A DNA stretch of 64,000 bases from Candidatus Thorarchaeota archaeon (GTDB lineage Archaea > Asgardarchaeota > Thorarchaeia > Thorarchaeales > Thorarchaeaceae). Shown here piece after piece: positions 39,721-49,957 of the stretch. A program made the position numbers and the translations under genes. The notes below the pieces were generated by a model. The model was given only the letters and a program-made list of their open reading frames with translations. It was not told where the DNA came from and searched no databases. How positions within the stretch are numbered: position 1 is the stretch's first letter; every line of letters starts with the position of its first letter. The stretch spans positions 36,174 to 100,173 of the forward strand of contig DXJO01000027.1 in the NCBI GenBank assembly GCA_019057475.1. The letters run 5' to 3'.

Positions 39721-39843
39721 TTTGGCACTCTCTCCTCATTCTTGGTTGGGCGCTCGAAGAGGAAAGCCCATATACTGCTTCCGGTTGTGGCTCCGAAGGA
39801 TTTTAAGGGACATAGATAGTGGCTCGCCCTGAGTTGACAATCT

Positions 39844-41046
39844 ATGGACTTCAGACTGTCTGACAAGGAACAGAAGCTCTGGGAAAGGGCAGAAAAATTC
39901 ACACGTGAGCATATCACTCCGCGGGCCCATATCCTTGAAACGCGCGACGAGTTTCCCAAGGAGGTTGTCCAGAAGGCGTATGAGGCTGGATTGATGAACC
40001 TGCACATACCGCCTGAAGCGGGTGGTCCTGGCGTTTCACTTCTTGCTGAAACTCTCGTATCGGAAGCTACAGGTTACGGGTGTGCCGGGATGGCAACTTC
40101 GATTATGTGCAACAACCTCGCGTTTGCACCATTAGTCATAGGCGCAACCATCGAACAGCTTAAGGAATACGTTGAACCACTAATCACAGGCAAAGATGCC
40201 AAATTTGGCTCATTCTGTCTGACTGAAAGAAAAGCGGGTTCAGATGTTGCAGCAATTGCAACCCGCGCAGAGAGGGATGGCGACGAGTACATCATCAATG
40301 GAATGAAATGCTTCGCTACGAGTGCGCCACAGGCATCTCTCTTCACAGTGTTCGCCTCAACCCAACCAGAACTTAAACACAAAGGGCTTTCCGTTTTCAT
40401 GGTCCCGAAAACCAAGGGTGTGAAAATCGGCTTCATTGAGAACAAGGTGGGTCAGAAGAACTCGGTTCAGAGCGAAGTCATTTTTGAAGACGTCAGGGTG
40501 CCCAAAGAATGTCTTGTGGGCAAAGAAGGCGAAGGCTTCAAGATCGCGATGACGACGCTGGATAAGACGAGAGCTGGCATTGCAGCCATTGCTACAGGGG
40601 TTGCTCAAAGAGCCGTTGACGAGGCGGCTAGATTCGCAAGCATTCGACATCAATTCGGGAAGCCCGTTGGCAGGTTCCAAGGAATCAGCTTCAAGCTCGC
40701 AGATATGGGTGCGAAAGCGGCTGCATCACGTCATCTAACTAGATACGCAGCTTGGCTAGCTGACAACAACCTGCCGGTTTCGAAGGACTCTGCGTTTGCC
40801 AAGTTTTTCGCTGCTGATTCCGCCATGCAGAACGCAATAGACGCCATCCAGATAATGGGCGGATATGGCTACCTTGTGGAATACCCTGTTGAGAAGCTCA
40901 TGCGAGATGCAAAGCTGCTGCAGATATATGAGGGAACCAACGAGATTCAGCGCCTTGTTGCTGGCAATACTATGTTGAAGGAGTCTGTGAATTTAGACAC
41001 AGGCTTCCATGTCAAATACGACGGCAAAGATGCGCCAATAGTCTAG
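39844..41046 (+). CDS. Acyl-CoA dehydrogenase
   Basis: Motifs CLTE..AGSD, NG.K.F, R.QFG, Q..GGYGY..EYPVE and IYEGTNEIQR. Confidence 0.93.
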   Translation: MDFRLSDKEQKLWERAEKFTREHITPRAHILETRDEFPKEVVQKAYEAGLMNLHIPPEAGGPGVSLLAETLVSEATGYGCAGMATSIMCNNLAFAPLVIGATIEQLKEYVEPLITGKDAKFGSFCLTERKAGSDVAAIATRAERDGDEYIINGMKCFATSAPQASLFTVFASTQPELKHKGLSVFMVPKTKGVKIGFIENKVGQKNSVQSEVIFEDVRVPKECLVGKEGEGFKIAMTTLDKTRAGIAAIATGVAQRAVDEAARFASIRHQFGKPVGRFQGISFKLADMGAKAAASRHLTRYAAWLADNNLPVSKDSAFAKFFAADSAMQNAIDAIQIMGGYGYLVEYPVEKLMRDAKLLQIYEGTNEIQRLVAGNTMLKESVNLDTGFHVKYDGKDAPIV

Positions 41047-41076
41047 TCCATGTAATGACTGAATTCGGAAAATGAT

Positions 41077-41835
41077 TTGGAGACACCCATCTTGAAGGAA
41101 AATATAACCATCAAGACGATCAAAGAGAGACGCGCAATCAGGGACTATGAAACGTCCAAGGACGTGTCTGATGAACTAGTTCATGAGATTATCGAAGCCG
41201 GTGGCTATGCACCGAGTGCAGAAAATCAACAGCCATGGCGAGTCATCGTTGTTCGTGATAGGAAGTTGCAGAAATTCATCGGTCAGATTGCAGTTGAAAG
41301 GACAATCGAGCTATTTGGCCGAGCAACTCCCCGCGAAGAAATTGAACGTCGTCTGAGCTACATCCAAGCTAAACCAAGCTTGGAGCGAACTATTGACATA
41401 CTCGTAACTGGCAAACGCTTTGAATATATCAAGGGAGAACCTGAAACCAATGGCGCTCCTGTTTTGCTCGTGCTTGCCGTTGATCAAACGCACGTTGGAA
41501 ACTCCCAACCAACATTGAGAGGCACAGGAGGCGTGTATGGATGGTCGTCACCGAGACATGCAGTCATTGCAGGCTCGATGATGATGCAGAATATGGCTTT
41601 GGCAGCCGCCAGTCTGGGGCTTGGAAGCTGCGTGTCTTCAGTACAGCTGGATCATTTCGATGATGTTGGCGCAGTATCGGAGAAGCTTGGAATTCCCTAT
41701 CCTCACTGGGTGCCAATTCTGTGTCTGACTTTAGGATATCCAAAGTTTGCACGCACACTTGGTCCACCCCGTCAGCCGCCCGAAGAGGTAGCGTTCAGTA
41801 ACAAGTGGGGCAAACCGTTCAGAGTGAAGAGGTGA
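41077..41835 (+). CDS. Nitroreductase family protein
   Basis: Motifs RRAIRDY, APSAEN.QPW, QNM.LAA.SLGLGSC and LGYP. Confidence 0.88.
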   Translation: METPILKENITIKTIKERRAIRDYETSKDVSDELVHEIIEAGGYAPSAENQQPWRVIVVRDRKLQKFIGQIAVERTIELFGRATPREEIERRLSYIQAKPSLERTIDILVTGKRFEYIKGEPETNGAPVLLVLAVDQTHVGNSQPTLRGTGGVYGWSSPRHAVIAGSMMMQNMALAAASLGLGSCVSSVQLDHFDDVGAVSEKLGIPYPHWVPILCLTLGYPKFARTLGPPRQPPEEVAFSNKWGKPFRVKR

Positions 41836-41841
41836 CATCAT

Positions 41842-42390
41842 ATGAGTGAACTTAAGGCATTGAGAAACGGATTCGTGGCTTTCTTGGACGGGCTATGGTT
41901 TGGCCTAAGAGAGAATGTTGGCGCACTCTCAATGTACGAAGGATATGCAGGCGGCTTCAAACAAATGGGACTTGAGGCAGCAGAGAGAGAGGGGAGCAAG
42001 GGTCCCGAGGCCGCAGCTAAAATAGCGACCGCACTCATGGCAACGATGGGTCTTGAAGTGGAACAAAATGGCAAGGAGATTATCGTGAAGACCAGCCCTC
42101 TGTGGGAACGGGTATTGGATCGAGGACTCGAGTATTCGTTCCACGTTGAGGAAATCTGCTGGAAGCCTATGCTTGAAGGAATTGGCGAGAAGACTGGTAC
42201 AAAGCCGATTATGGAGTCTTCGCTTCGACTATCACACGTTGAGAGAGTGAAGGTCGAGTACAAGAAAGGAAAGGCCAAGGCAGCTCTCGACAAAGGTGCC
42301 ACGTCCAAGGAAGATTTTGACAAGCAGATTACAGCTCTTGATATAGCGATGCAAGAGATACCTATCGTGGGCCGCTACCGATTCGCATAG
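41842..42390 (+). CDS. Hypothetical protein (possible V4R/TRAPP-like fold)
   Basis: Well-packed ORF; the fold guess rests on sequence pattern only. Confidence 0.6.
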   Translation: MSELKALRNGFVAFLDGLWFGLRENVGALSMYEGYAGGFKQMGLEAAEREGSKGPEAAAKIATALMATMGLEVEQNGKEIIVKTSPLWERVLDRGLEYSFHVEEICWKPMLEGIGEKTGTKPIMESSLRLSHVERVKVEYKKGKAKAALDKGATSKEDFDKQITALDIAMQEIPIVGRYRFA

Positions 42391-42438
42391 AAGGCAGCGA
42401 TTCATACTATGCGGTATGGGTCGTGGAGGTTGACCTGT

Positions 42439-43704
42439 ATGGAATCCCTAGAGAAGGCAGGACTGGCTGTTAATTACAACAAGGTGAGCAGCACCAAGAC
42501 GAAGAGTCTACCATCGAAAGTTTACATTTGGGATGAAACTCTCAGAGACGGTGAACAGACGCCGGGTGTTGCCCTCACGATGGACGAGAAAATCGAGATT
42601 GCAAAGATGCTCGATGAGATAGGGACAGCAATTGTCGCTGTAGGATTCCCTGCGGTCAGCGACGCGGAGAGGAAAGCCGTAGCAGCCATAGCCAAAGAGG
42701 GCTTGAGCAATGCGATTGTCGCTGCGCCAGCTCGTGCAAGAATCTCTGATGTCGATGCATGCATCCAGGCAGAAGTTCAGGAAGTCCCGATTTTCATCGC
42801 TACGTCAGACTTCAGGCTCAAGTACCAGCTGCGAATGACCCGAGATGAGATGCTGGAAAGACTGATCGAGTGCATCGAGTACGGAAAGGATCACGGGATG
42901 ATAGTCGATTACATTGCAGAGGATTCAACACGAAGCGATATGGATTTCCTGTGTCAGGTATACAAGGCGGCGATAGATGCAGGAGCTGACAAGATATGCG
43001 TGGCAGATACAGTCGGCTTTGTTCGTCCTGAGGTTATGAGACACATCATGCGCGAGATTAAATCACGATTGTGGACTAAGAGTAAGTACAAGGTTCCGAT
43101 AGCTATTCACTGCCATGATGACTTTGGCCTTGCAAATGCAAACACGCTGGTCGCTATCGAGGAGGGCGCAACCTACCCTCATGTGTGTGTAAATGGGTAT
43201 GGCGAAAGAGCGGGAAATGCGGCATTTGAAGAAGTCGTGATGGCTCTTGAGGAGCTGCACGGCGTAGACACAGGAATCAATACGGAGAATCTCTATAATC
43301 TATGCGAGCTTGTTGAGCGACATTTTGTAGTTCCCTTACCCCTGCACAAGGCAATCTCGGGCGATAACGCGTTCAGGCACTCCAGCGGAATCCACTCGCA
43401 CGGACAATTGACTCACTCAATGACGTATGAGCCGATTAATCCAATCCGTGTTGGCCGACGGAGAGAGTTCCATTTAGGCAAATTCGTAGGTAGACACTTC
43501 GTAGAATACCTCTTGAGGATGGGTGGAGTGAAGGCTACACCAGAACAGGCCGCGGAAATCACAAGACGCGTGAAGACTACGCATTTAGAGCATAAGAAGA
43601 GGCAGTCGACGGATTCGTTCGATCAGATTAAGGGCAAACTTAAGGAACTCCGTACAGGGGTTTCTGAAAGAGAGTTCTGGTCCATTGTTTTTGCTGTCAT
43701 CTGA
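42439..43704 (+). CDS. Homocitrate/isopropylmalate/citramalate synthase family (DRE-TIM), no LeuA regulatory domain
   Basis: Motifs DETLRDGEQ, HCHDDFG, GERAGNA, HSSGIH and YEP; GGAGG upstream of ATG 42439. Confidence 0.88.
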   Translation: MESLEKAGLAVNYNKVSSTKTKSLPSKVYIWDETLRDGEQTPGVALTMDEKIEIAKMLDEIGTAIVAVGFPAVSDAERKAVAAIAKEGLSNAIVAAPARARISDVDACIQAEVQEVPIFIATSDFRLKYQLRMTRDEMLERLIECIEYGKDHGMIVDYIAEDSTRSDMDFLCQVYKAAIDAGADKICVADTVGFVRPEVMRHIMREIKSRLWTKSKYKVPIAIHCHDDFGLANANTLVAIEEGATYPHVCVNGYGERAGNAAFEEVVMALEELHGVDTGINTENLYNLCELVERHFVVPLPLHKAISGDNAFRHSSGIHSHGQLTHSMTYEPINPIRVGRRREFHLGKFVGRHFVEYLLRMGGVKATPEQAAEITRRVKTTHLEHKKRQSTDSFDQIKGKLKELRTGVSEREFWSIVFAVI

Positions 43705-43711
43705 CTGCTGT

Positions 43712-44464
43712 TCAGGTTGGGTTGCTTAGCTTCTTGCTAAGCTGGTAGCGTAGTACTACACCACCATCCATTAGTGCTATGCCAAAGAAAAACGCCCAGC
43801 CAAAGATCAGAAGGATCATTGCATCAAATGCCCACTGGTCCGTTAGGAAACGAAAGGCAACCTCAAGCACGAGAAACAGTGTTGCAGTTATCAGTGCGAT
43901 GTGAATCCCCGTTTTGAAGAGCCGCGTGGCTTTCGAAGATGATGAGGCGATTGGACTGATGATCTTCTCAGCGTTGTCAACGGTCACATTCACGAACCGT
44001 CCTGCAGTCACCTGTTCCTTTGTGAGTTGCTCCACTGCGTCGAGGTCTACGCCGTCAAGTGGAACAGAGAGGAATGTGCCCCTAAGATACTTCAGAGCGG
44101 CCCCTCCGCTGAACAATGCCATGACTACAAGCACAATGATGGCTATCACGAGCTGCCAAAAAGCGAACAATGCAAGGAGCAGGAGAAGAACAACGAACAT
44201 GCATACAATCTCAATTATGCCTCCTGCACTCTCCACTCCGCCCTCGAAGAGGAATGCAAGTCGCTTCATGGCGGATACATTGACCCAAGTGTGATAGAGT
44301 TCAGCTTCCTCGCTCACCCCAAGATGGCGCTCTATCGATTCAAAGACCTCTTTCTTCTTGCCGCCGTAGACTGAAACTCGTAGCAAGGAGCGAGAATCGG
44401 TATCCACAGAAGATTTCGCGTCGTTCACGATGGTATTTCTCTCCTCAACACGAACATGAAGCAC
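43712..44464 (-). CDS. Hypothetical membrane protein
   Basis: About 4 TM segments. Start placed at GTG 44464 to avoid overlap with the divergent methyltransferase. Confidence 0.6.
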   Translation of the reverse strand: MLHVRVEERNTIVNDAKSSVDTDSRSLLRVSVYGGKKKEVFESIERHLGVSEEAELYHTWVNVSAMKRLAFLFEGGVESAGGIIEIVCMFVVLLLLLALFAFWQLVIAIIVLVVMALFSGGAALKYLRGTFLSVPLDGVDLDAVEQLTKEQVTAGRFVNVTVDNAEKIISPIASSSSKATRLFKTGIHIALITATLFLVLEVAFRFLTDQWAFDAMILLIFGWAFFFGIALMDGGVVLRYQLSKKLSNPT

Positions 44465-44558
44465 TGACAGTCCTTTGATATAATCCTTGGGAATGCCATG
44501 AAAGGATGATTCGAACTCCACCGAACCATTTTTCCGTGAGGCTGCGTCATCGTGTTCC

Positions 44559-45268
44559 ATGGCAGATATAATCGGGAGAATCATGAAAGACGCGCTTGCA
44601 GGTGAGGATGCCAAATACTCCATTGAGCGCGACGATGGCAATGTGCGGGACGACCTAGGGCGGAGCTATCTTGACCCATTTCCTGAGTGGCCAGAGGGAG
44701 AGCGTCAAGCGATTGTGCACGCTAAGGGGAGTGTCCTGGATATTGGTTGTGGAGCAGGAAGAGTGATGCTCTACCTAAGGGAACAGGGTTACGCCACGGT
44801 TGGTGTCGACATATCACCGGGTGCTGTTGAGGTCTGCAAAAATCAGGGACTAGTTGATACTCATGTAATGTCGGCTGAGAATTTGAAGTTCAAACCCAAC
44901 ACGTTCCACACGTATTGCTATTTGGCGGCAATTTCGGAATCCTAGGGGAGGAATCGAGAATCATCAAGATGTTGAAAGACCTCCATCGAATTACAGCCCC
45001 GGATGCCATCATTTTAGCATCGTCTAGAGATCCCGAAGCCACTGATGACCCTGCACACTTGAAGTATCATGAATGGAACAGGGAAAGACAGCGCCCAGTG
45101 GGGTTGGTCAGAATCAGACTGAAATACAAAGATGAGATAGAAGATTGGTGGGAACTCTTGCTGGCGAGCCCTGAAGATATGAATAGGCTGGCACAACAAG
45201 CAGGTTGGACCCTAGATAGAACGTTTGGGCCACAATATCTCTACGTGGGCCTTCTTCGAAAGGAGTAA
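44559..45268 (+). pseudogene. Class I SAM-dependent methyltransferase split by a 1-nt frameshift near 44912 (or sequencing error)
   Basis: ERDDG and VLDIGCGAG lie in the first frame; LFGGNFG and the C-terminus lie in the second. Adding one base joins them (..HT-V-LLFGGN). Confidence 0.75.
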
Positions 45269-45274
45269 AGAAAA

Positions 45275-45805
45275 ATGACTGTTTACGCACTTGGAAATTT
45301 CGTGCCTGAGATAGCAGATAGCGCTTACATCCATCCTCAGGCAAGTGTCATAGGTAATGTTAGAATTGGAGAGAGAGTCTTCGTAGCTCCTCATGCTTCC
45401 ATAAGGGGAGATAGGGGCCGCATAGAGATTGATGACGAATCAAATGTGCAGGACGGAGTGATTATACACTCAGATGATGTGTACGTGACCAGAGTTGGCA
45501 AACGCGTGAACATAGGACACAATGCTACCGTCCATTCAGAGAGCATAGGAAACTATGCTGGAATCGGTATAAGCGCCGTATTGATGGTGGGAAGCAAAGT
45601 GGCTGAGGGGGTTCTGATAGCCAACTCTGCAATGCTGCATCCGAAGACCAAGACTGAACCATACAAAATCTACGCTGGAGTTCCCGCCAAATACCTAAGG
45701 GACTTTGAAAAGGATGAACCGGCTAGAATTGCATTCAACCGCTACCTTGATTGGTACGTGGAAAACACATTCAGGTACCCTGAGGAATTGAGAAGAATCG
45801 ATTAG
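45275..45805 (+). CDS. Gamma carbonic anhydrase family hexapeptide-repeat protein
   Basis: Motifs IRGD, SNVQDG..IH, IGH.A.VH and GVPAK. Confidence 0.88.
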   Translation: MTVYALGNFVPEIADSAYIHPQASVIGNVRIGERVFVAPHASIRGDRGRIEIDDESNVQDGVIIHSDDVYVTRVGKRVNIGHNATVHSESIGNYAGIGISAVLMVGSKVAEGVLIANSAMLHPKTKTEPYKIYAGVPAKYLRDFEKDEPARIAFNRYLDWYVENTFRYPEELRRID

Positions 45806-46470
45806 AGATCTTGATTGTTAGCTTGCCCCCATAGAATAAGGATTCTCTCGGCAACTGAAAGGAGGAACTCTTCGTCCTCAGACTTTTGCGTCCACCGCAT
45901 CTCCAGAGGATGCGCATTCAGGGTTGGTTTTGCTATCGCACTGCCATCCTTGGAGAGAACCACGTGAACGGATGTCTTGAATACGTTAATTGAGGAGTCC
46001 GACGCCATGAGAGGGACTACAGGCACAAGGAGTACGTTGATTAATAATGCGAGGAAAGGAATGGTCAAAGCTACCTCAGGATTGCTAGGAAATGCATTCA
46101 GGAGGATGAACCAGAGAGCCGCGCAGACAATGGAAGCTCCAAGTAGCGCATCAACCAATAAGGGCCACACGGCAGCTGGTCGCCTATAATGGAAGTGAAT
46201 TTGGTCCTCGCTATCCAGAAATCTGATGTCAACAAAGTAGGCTCTCATTGAAGCCAACACGACAAGTATGTAAAGCACACCCAAGAGAGGCAGCATGACG
46301 CCATCCAAGCCCGTGTGCAGCACCCACAGTGGAAATAGTACCAAGGCAAGAAGGGAGCCAAAGAGCGGCCACGCTTTGCCTGGACGCTTGAAGAACAATG
46401 ATCCCTCAGAATCACTTGCTTGAAGCAGTTCCAATGCATCCTCCATCTCTTGGTTCGGGGGACCAATCAT
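45802..46470 (-). CDS. Hypothetical membrane protein
   Basis: About 4 TM segments; start uncertain. Confidence 0.6.
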   Translation of the reverse strand: MIGPPNQEMEDALELLQASDSEGSLFFKRPGKAWPLFGSLLALVLFPLWVLHTGLDGVMLPLLGVLYILVVLASMRAYFVDIRFLDSEDQIHFHYRRPAAVWPLLVDALLGASIVCAALWFILLNAFPSNPEVALTIPFLALLINVLLVPVVPLMASDSSINVFKTSVHVVLSKDGSAIAKPTLNAHPLEMRWTQKSEDEEFLLSVAERILILWGQANNQDL

Positions 46471-46578
46471 GAGCAGGGAATCCGCACAGCTCCTGATATA
46501 ACATTCTGAACGAGGCACACGGTATACTTTTAGCACTCTGAACATTCATGGTCAGCAGAGATTCAACAAGGTGTGGCT

Positions 46579-46956
46579 ATGCTGAAGTTTCCCTTCCTCT
46601 TCTACTGTTGCGTGTGTGGGCACCCCAACGAACTCAAACCAGATGTGCCCCTAGCACCGAATGTTAAACCTCTGGACATTGAGTGCTCGAACTGTGGCGA
46701 CAAGACACATGTAATTCTATCAGCCTGTCCGAAGTGCAAGAATGCGTTCCAATTTTTCCTCTCCGACCTGGATTTCCCCGAAGAGATGAAACGGCTAGCA
46801 GAGACCTATGTCAAGCTGATTGCCGGGATTAGGGATAGCCTTTCGGACCATATCGCCGAGTTCAACGTTCCCGTCCCCAAACGCTGGACACATCTACTGG
46901 AATGCAATTGCGGCCACCAGCACAACGTAGAGATATCACTCCCGCAGCTTGACTAG
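46579..46956 (+). CDS. Small multi-Cys zinc-binding protein
   Basis: Motifs CCVCGH, CSNCG, CPKC and CNCGH. Confidence 0.7.
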   Translation: MLKFPFLFYCCVCGHPNELKPDVPLAPNVKPLDIECSNCGDKTHVILSACPKCKNAFQFFLSDLDFPEEMKRLAETYVKLIAGIRDSLSDHIAEFNVPVPKRWTHLLECNCGHQHNVEISLPQLD

Positions 46957-46999
46957 GAATGATGTTCAACCTTTGTGAATCACCTAGTGGCGAATCATC

Positions 47000-47785
47000 A
47001 TGACACCCAGATTGAAAGACCGCGTCAAGGCAAAGGTCGCCATGCAAGTGATAAAGCGAATGACTCGAGATGAGAGAATCATCAGGGTATTCCTTGGTGC
47101 CAAGCCAGATGATGTGCCAAAACGCTTACTCTTGGTAGCAACACCGTTTGTTCTTGACAGAGCAGCTTCCAGACTGAGCAAGGTGAGAATCACTGGGAAT
47201 GTCACAATCGGTCAGTACGAGGAGGTTGATGTTGGCGTTGTTAATACCGGCATGGGAACTCCATCTGCGGCAATGGTGATGGAGGCTGTAGTTAGAACTC
47301 AGCCGATTGCAGCGGTCAGAGGGGAGCTGTGTGGAGGGCTAGGCAAGTCTCAGAAGATTGGAGAGGCGTTCCTAGCAACTCAGGCGATAGTGGGTGACGG
47401 ATGCGGTCTCACGTATTTTGGCTCCGAATCTACCGTGGCTGCACACCCAGGTCTCACAGAACACGTATTGAGGATTGCTAAACGTCTGAAACTTACGACG
47501 CATCGGGGCAAAATTTGGACTACCGACGTCTTGCTCAAGCAGACCAAGGAGCTGCTTGTGAACTGGATTGAGAAAGGAGCAATGGCAGTCGATATGGAAT
47601 CCAGCGCCATCTTGGGCATAGCCAGCATGGAGGACGTGCCGGCCGCTTCACTGAATTGCATCTCTGACCTGCCAGAACGGGGGATGGGTCCGTTTGATAT
47701 GAAGGAAGTCGACCCCAATTTCCTTACAGGACTCGACTTGACTCTCATTGCTGCCCTTAGAAGCGTAACAACCTGGTCGAACTAG
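47000..47785 (+). CDS. Nucleoside phosphorylase (PNP_UDP_1) family protein
   Basis: Motifs GMGTPSAA..ME, G.IWTTD, AVDMES and ISD. Confidence 0.8.
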   Translation: MTPRLKDRVKAKVAMQVIKRMTRDERIIRVFLGAKPDDVPKRLLLVATPFVLDRAASRLSKVRITGNVTIGQYEEVDVGVVNTGMGTPSAAMVMEAVVRTQPIAAVRGELCGGLGKSQKIGEAFLATQAIVGDGCGLTYFGSESTVAAHPGLTEHVLRIAKRLKLTTHRGKIWTTDVLLKQTKELLVNWIEKGAMAVDMESSAILGIASMEDVPAASLNCISDLPERGMGPFDMKEVDPNFLTGLDLTLIAALRSVTTWSN

Positions 47786-47806
47786 GCTGCTGTTTCGAAG
47801 TTGGCA

Positions 47807-48244
47807 CTAGCCGATCACAATCTTAAGGTCAAGGTTTGTGGGACAGTTCAGGGAGTTTGCGATAGGACACGACCTGTGGGCCATTTCAGCCGCTTTCGTA
47901 ACCTTGCTTCGTTGAGACTCGTCCGCAATCACTATCGTCATCTTCAGATCGATCCTGTCGAATCGCCATATCGGTCCATCTTCGACCATTGGCCCATCTG
48001 CACTGACCTTGACGTCCTTGAACTCCGCGTGGAACGCCTGTGCAGCCTTGAAAAGGGATAAAATAACGCAGGAAGCCGACGCTGATAGCAATAGTGTCTG
48101 AGGAGAGAACTTGCCTGGAGGTGCATCAGGCCACCAGTCCGGAGCAGAGGTGATTTCGAACTCTTTCATACCGTCCAGTGTGATACCGACAAACATCGGT
48201 TTGATTATCTTGGCGTCCAGATGGTAACTGTGTTCAGCTGACAT
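47807..48244 (-). CDS. OsmC family protein
   Basis: SP..LLL.A.ASC and AH..CPI.NSL, with two conserved Cys. Confidence 0.82.
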   Translation of the reverse strand: MSAEHSYHLDAKIIKPMFVGITLDGMKEFEITSAPDWWPDAPPGKFSPQTLLLSASASCVILSLFKAAQAFHAEFKDVKVSADGPMVEDGPIWRFDRIDLKMTIVIADESQRSKVTKAAEMAHRSCPIANSLNCPTNLDLKIVIG

Positions 48245-48329
48245 TGGGTATCCTCAGGATTAACTTAACGTATGTGAATATAAATTACGTCTTTTAACCA
48301 AAAGTGCTTGTTGTCTTGTTATGGGGATA

Positions 48330-48767
48330 CTAGACTACCGCGATATCATATGAGAGATGAACCGGGCATTTCATGGAATTGGATACTACGCAATACCTGT
48401 GCGCTCTCTCGGCTGCCTTCTTCATTTTTTTCTTGTCTTTCTCGGTCGGCACAGTGATCCGAACTGATAGTGAGATCTTCTCAAACTCCCAACCGAACTC
48501 GCCTTGTTTGAGGTTCCCCGATGCCTCAATCTCGAAGCCGGTGAAATCCGCGTGGAATCGCTTCGCAACACCTGTGAGCGATCCACCATAACAAGACACA
48601 GCAGATGCTAGAAAGAGGTCCTCAGGAGAGAGCGTACCAGGTGGAGACTCTGGCCAAAAGTCAAGAGGAGTAGCCACTTCGAGTTCAGATTTGCCCTTTG
48701 GCGATATTGATACAATCTTATCTCGGACCCACTTGCTGGTCAACTCGTAGTGATGCTCATCAGACAT
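48330..48767 (-). CDS. OsmC family protein, tandem paralogue
   Basis: Motifs SPEDLFLAS..SC and AHRYC.VSNS. Confidence 0.85.
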   Translation of the reverse strand: MSDEHHYELTSKWVRDKIVSISPKGKSELEVATPLDFWPESPPGTLSPEDLFLASAVSCYGGSLTGVAKRFHADFTGFEIEASGNLKQGEFGWEFEKISLSVRITVPTEKDKKKMKKAAERAHRYCVVSNSMKCPVHLSYDIAVV

Positions 48768-48934
48768 TATTGGTTCCTCGAAAAACGATGCTCAAGACCC
48801 CCCTCAAGAGGGTTCCGTTATGGCAAGAAAATCGATGCATTTCAAGGTATAACGGAATGCAACTCAATCGGGGGTATAGGTTTCTCAATGACTCTGACGG
48901 TAGGGCTTATTAGGGAGCAAGTTACATTATACCT

Positions 48935-49024
48935 TGGTGGTTTGGGCCAGCGGGGCACCTATTTTCTATACATGCCCTCATAACTCCCCCCTCCTACCAG
49001 TTGTCCTACTGGTTCAAGCCACCA
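48935..49024 (+). ncRNA. Candidate ~90-nt structured small RNA, copy B
   Basis: About 22-bp terminal stem with five G-U pairs; TTATTA 28-29 nt upstream; T5 tract downstream; shares motifs with copy A. Confidence 0.55.
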
Positions 49025-49169
49025 CCTCATTTTTCCAATGCAACTGGTTTCAAGAGCACAGGCGATTCTTGGTTAAGATAATGGCATCAAGTCTGTTTGA
49101 AATAAATCCCCCTGAGCAATACTTTATGAGAGAGTGGCTATCTCAAAGCGGCAACGTGGTGGAGAATTG

Positions 49170-49859
49170 ATGAAAGGACTGAAAGACCCGTCTATACGCG
49201 ACTTCGTCTATGTGCACCTTCTCTTTGCGGTTGTGGCTGCAGCAGTTCTTCTCTTCCCAGCCACGACAGGGATCAGTGCACGCATGCTAGTCGTGGTTAT
49301 CGCGTATAATGTAATGATACCACTTGTAGCGTCACAGCGCGGTCACACGGAATGGATCAGAATCTGGCTTTTCGCACTCGCGCTAAGCATTCTCCAAATC
49401 TGGCCAGACTGGTACCTCTCTGCAGAGCTTGGTGTTCTCGCATTCCCAGATGATGGATTTCTCATGATTGGAACTGTTCCAGCCTATTTGGCGGGACTCT
49501 GGGCGATTCCCCTGTTCACCATCATATACGTTGGTCAGTTCGTTCAGAGGCGATGGGCTGACAAATGGGTTCTTGTCATTGTTGGCGCATTAACTCTTGC
49601 GATTTTCGGTTCCGCCGAGGCAACCATGTGGATGCTTCCATCGTGGTCCGCTGTAGGTGTAGCGATGATTGGCCATGTAGCAGTCTACATCATCGTCCCC
49701 GAGATAGTTCTTGGACTCTCTACCTACATTACCTTTGATATTGTCCGAGAGCGCCCCCTGTGGATGATAGCCATTGCAGCGGTCCTTGTGATGATTCTCT
49801 ATCTCGGATGCGCCGTTCTCTCCTTCTTCATGATAGAGCGCGTACTACTTGGAGCCTAG
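49170..49859 (+). CDS. Conserved hypothetical membrane protein
   Basis: About 7 TM segments; motif PDWYLS..LG.L.FPDDG. Confidence 0.7.
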   Translation: MKGLKDPSIRDFVYVHLLFAVVAAAVLLFPATTGISARMLVVVIAYNVMIPLVASQRGHTEWIRIWLFALALSILQIWPDWYLSAELGVLAFPDDGFLMIGTVPAYLAGLWAIPLFTIIYVGQFVQRRWADKWVLVIVGALTLAIFGSAEATMWMLPSWSAVGVAMIGHVAVYIIVPEIVLGLSTYITFDIVRERPLWMIAIAAVLVMILYLGCAVLSFFMIERVLLGA

Positions 49860-49957
49860 GAATCCGACACCCACACGTCCGAGAACTTGCTTATGGCAAG
49901 GCTTATCGGACACGCACACTAAACTTCTGCCATCAGAATTGTAGCTGGGAATGAGAA

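Noticed and set aside
44465-44641. Divergent genes sharing a CCATGG start palindrome
   Set aside because: A downstream GTG at 44464 with an intervening TATA-like run explains the layout without overlap.
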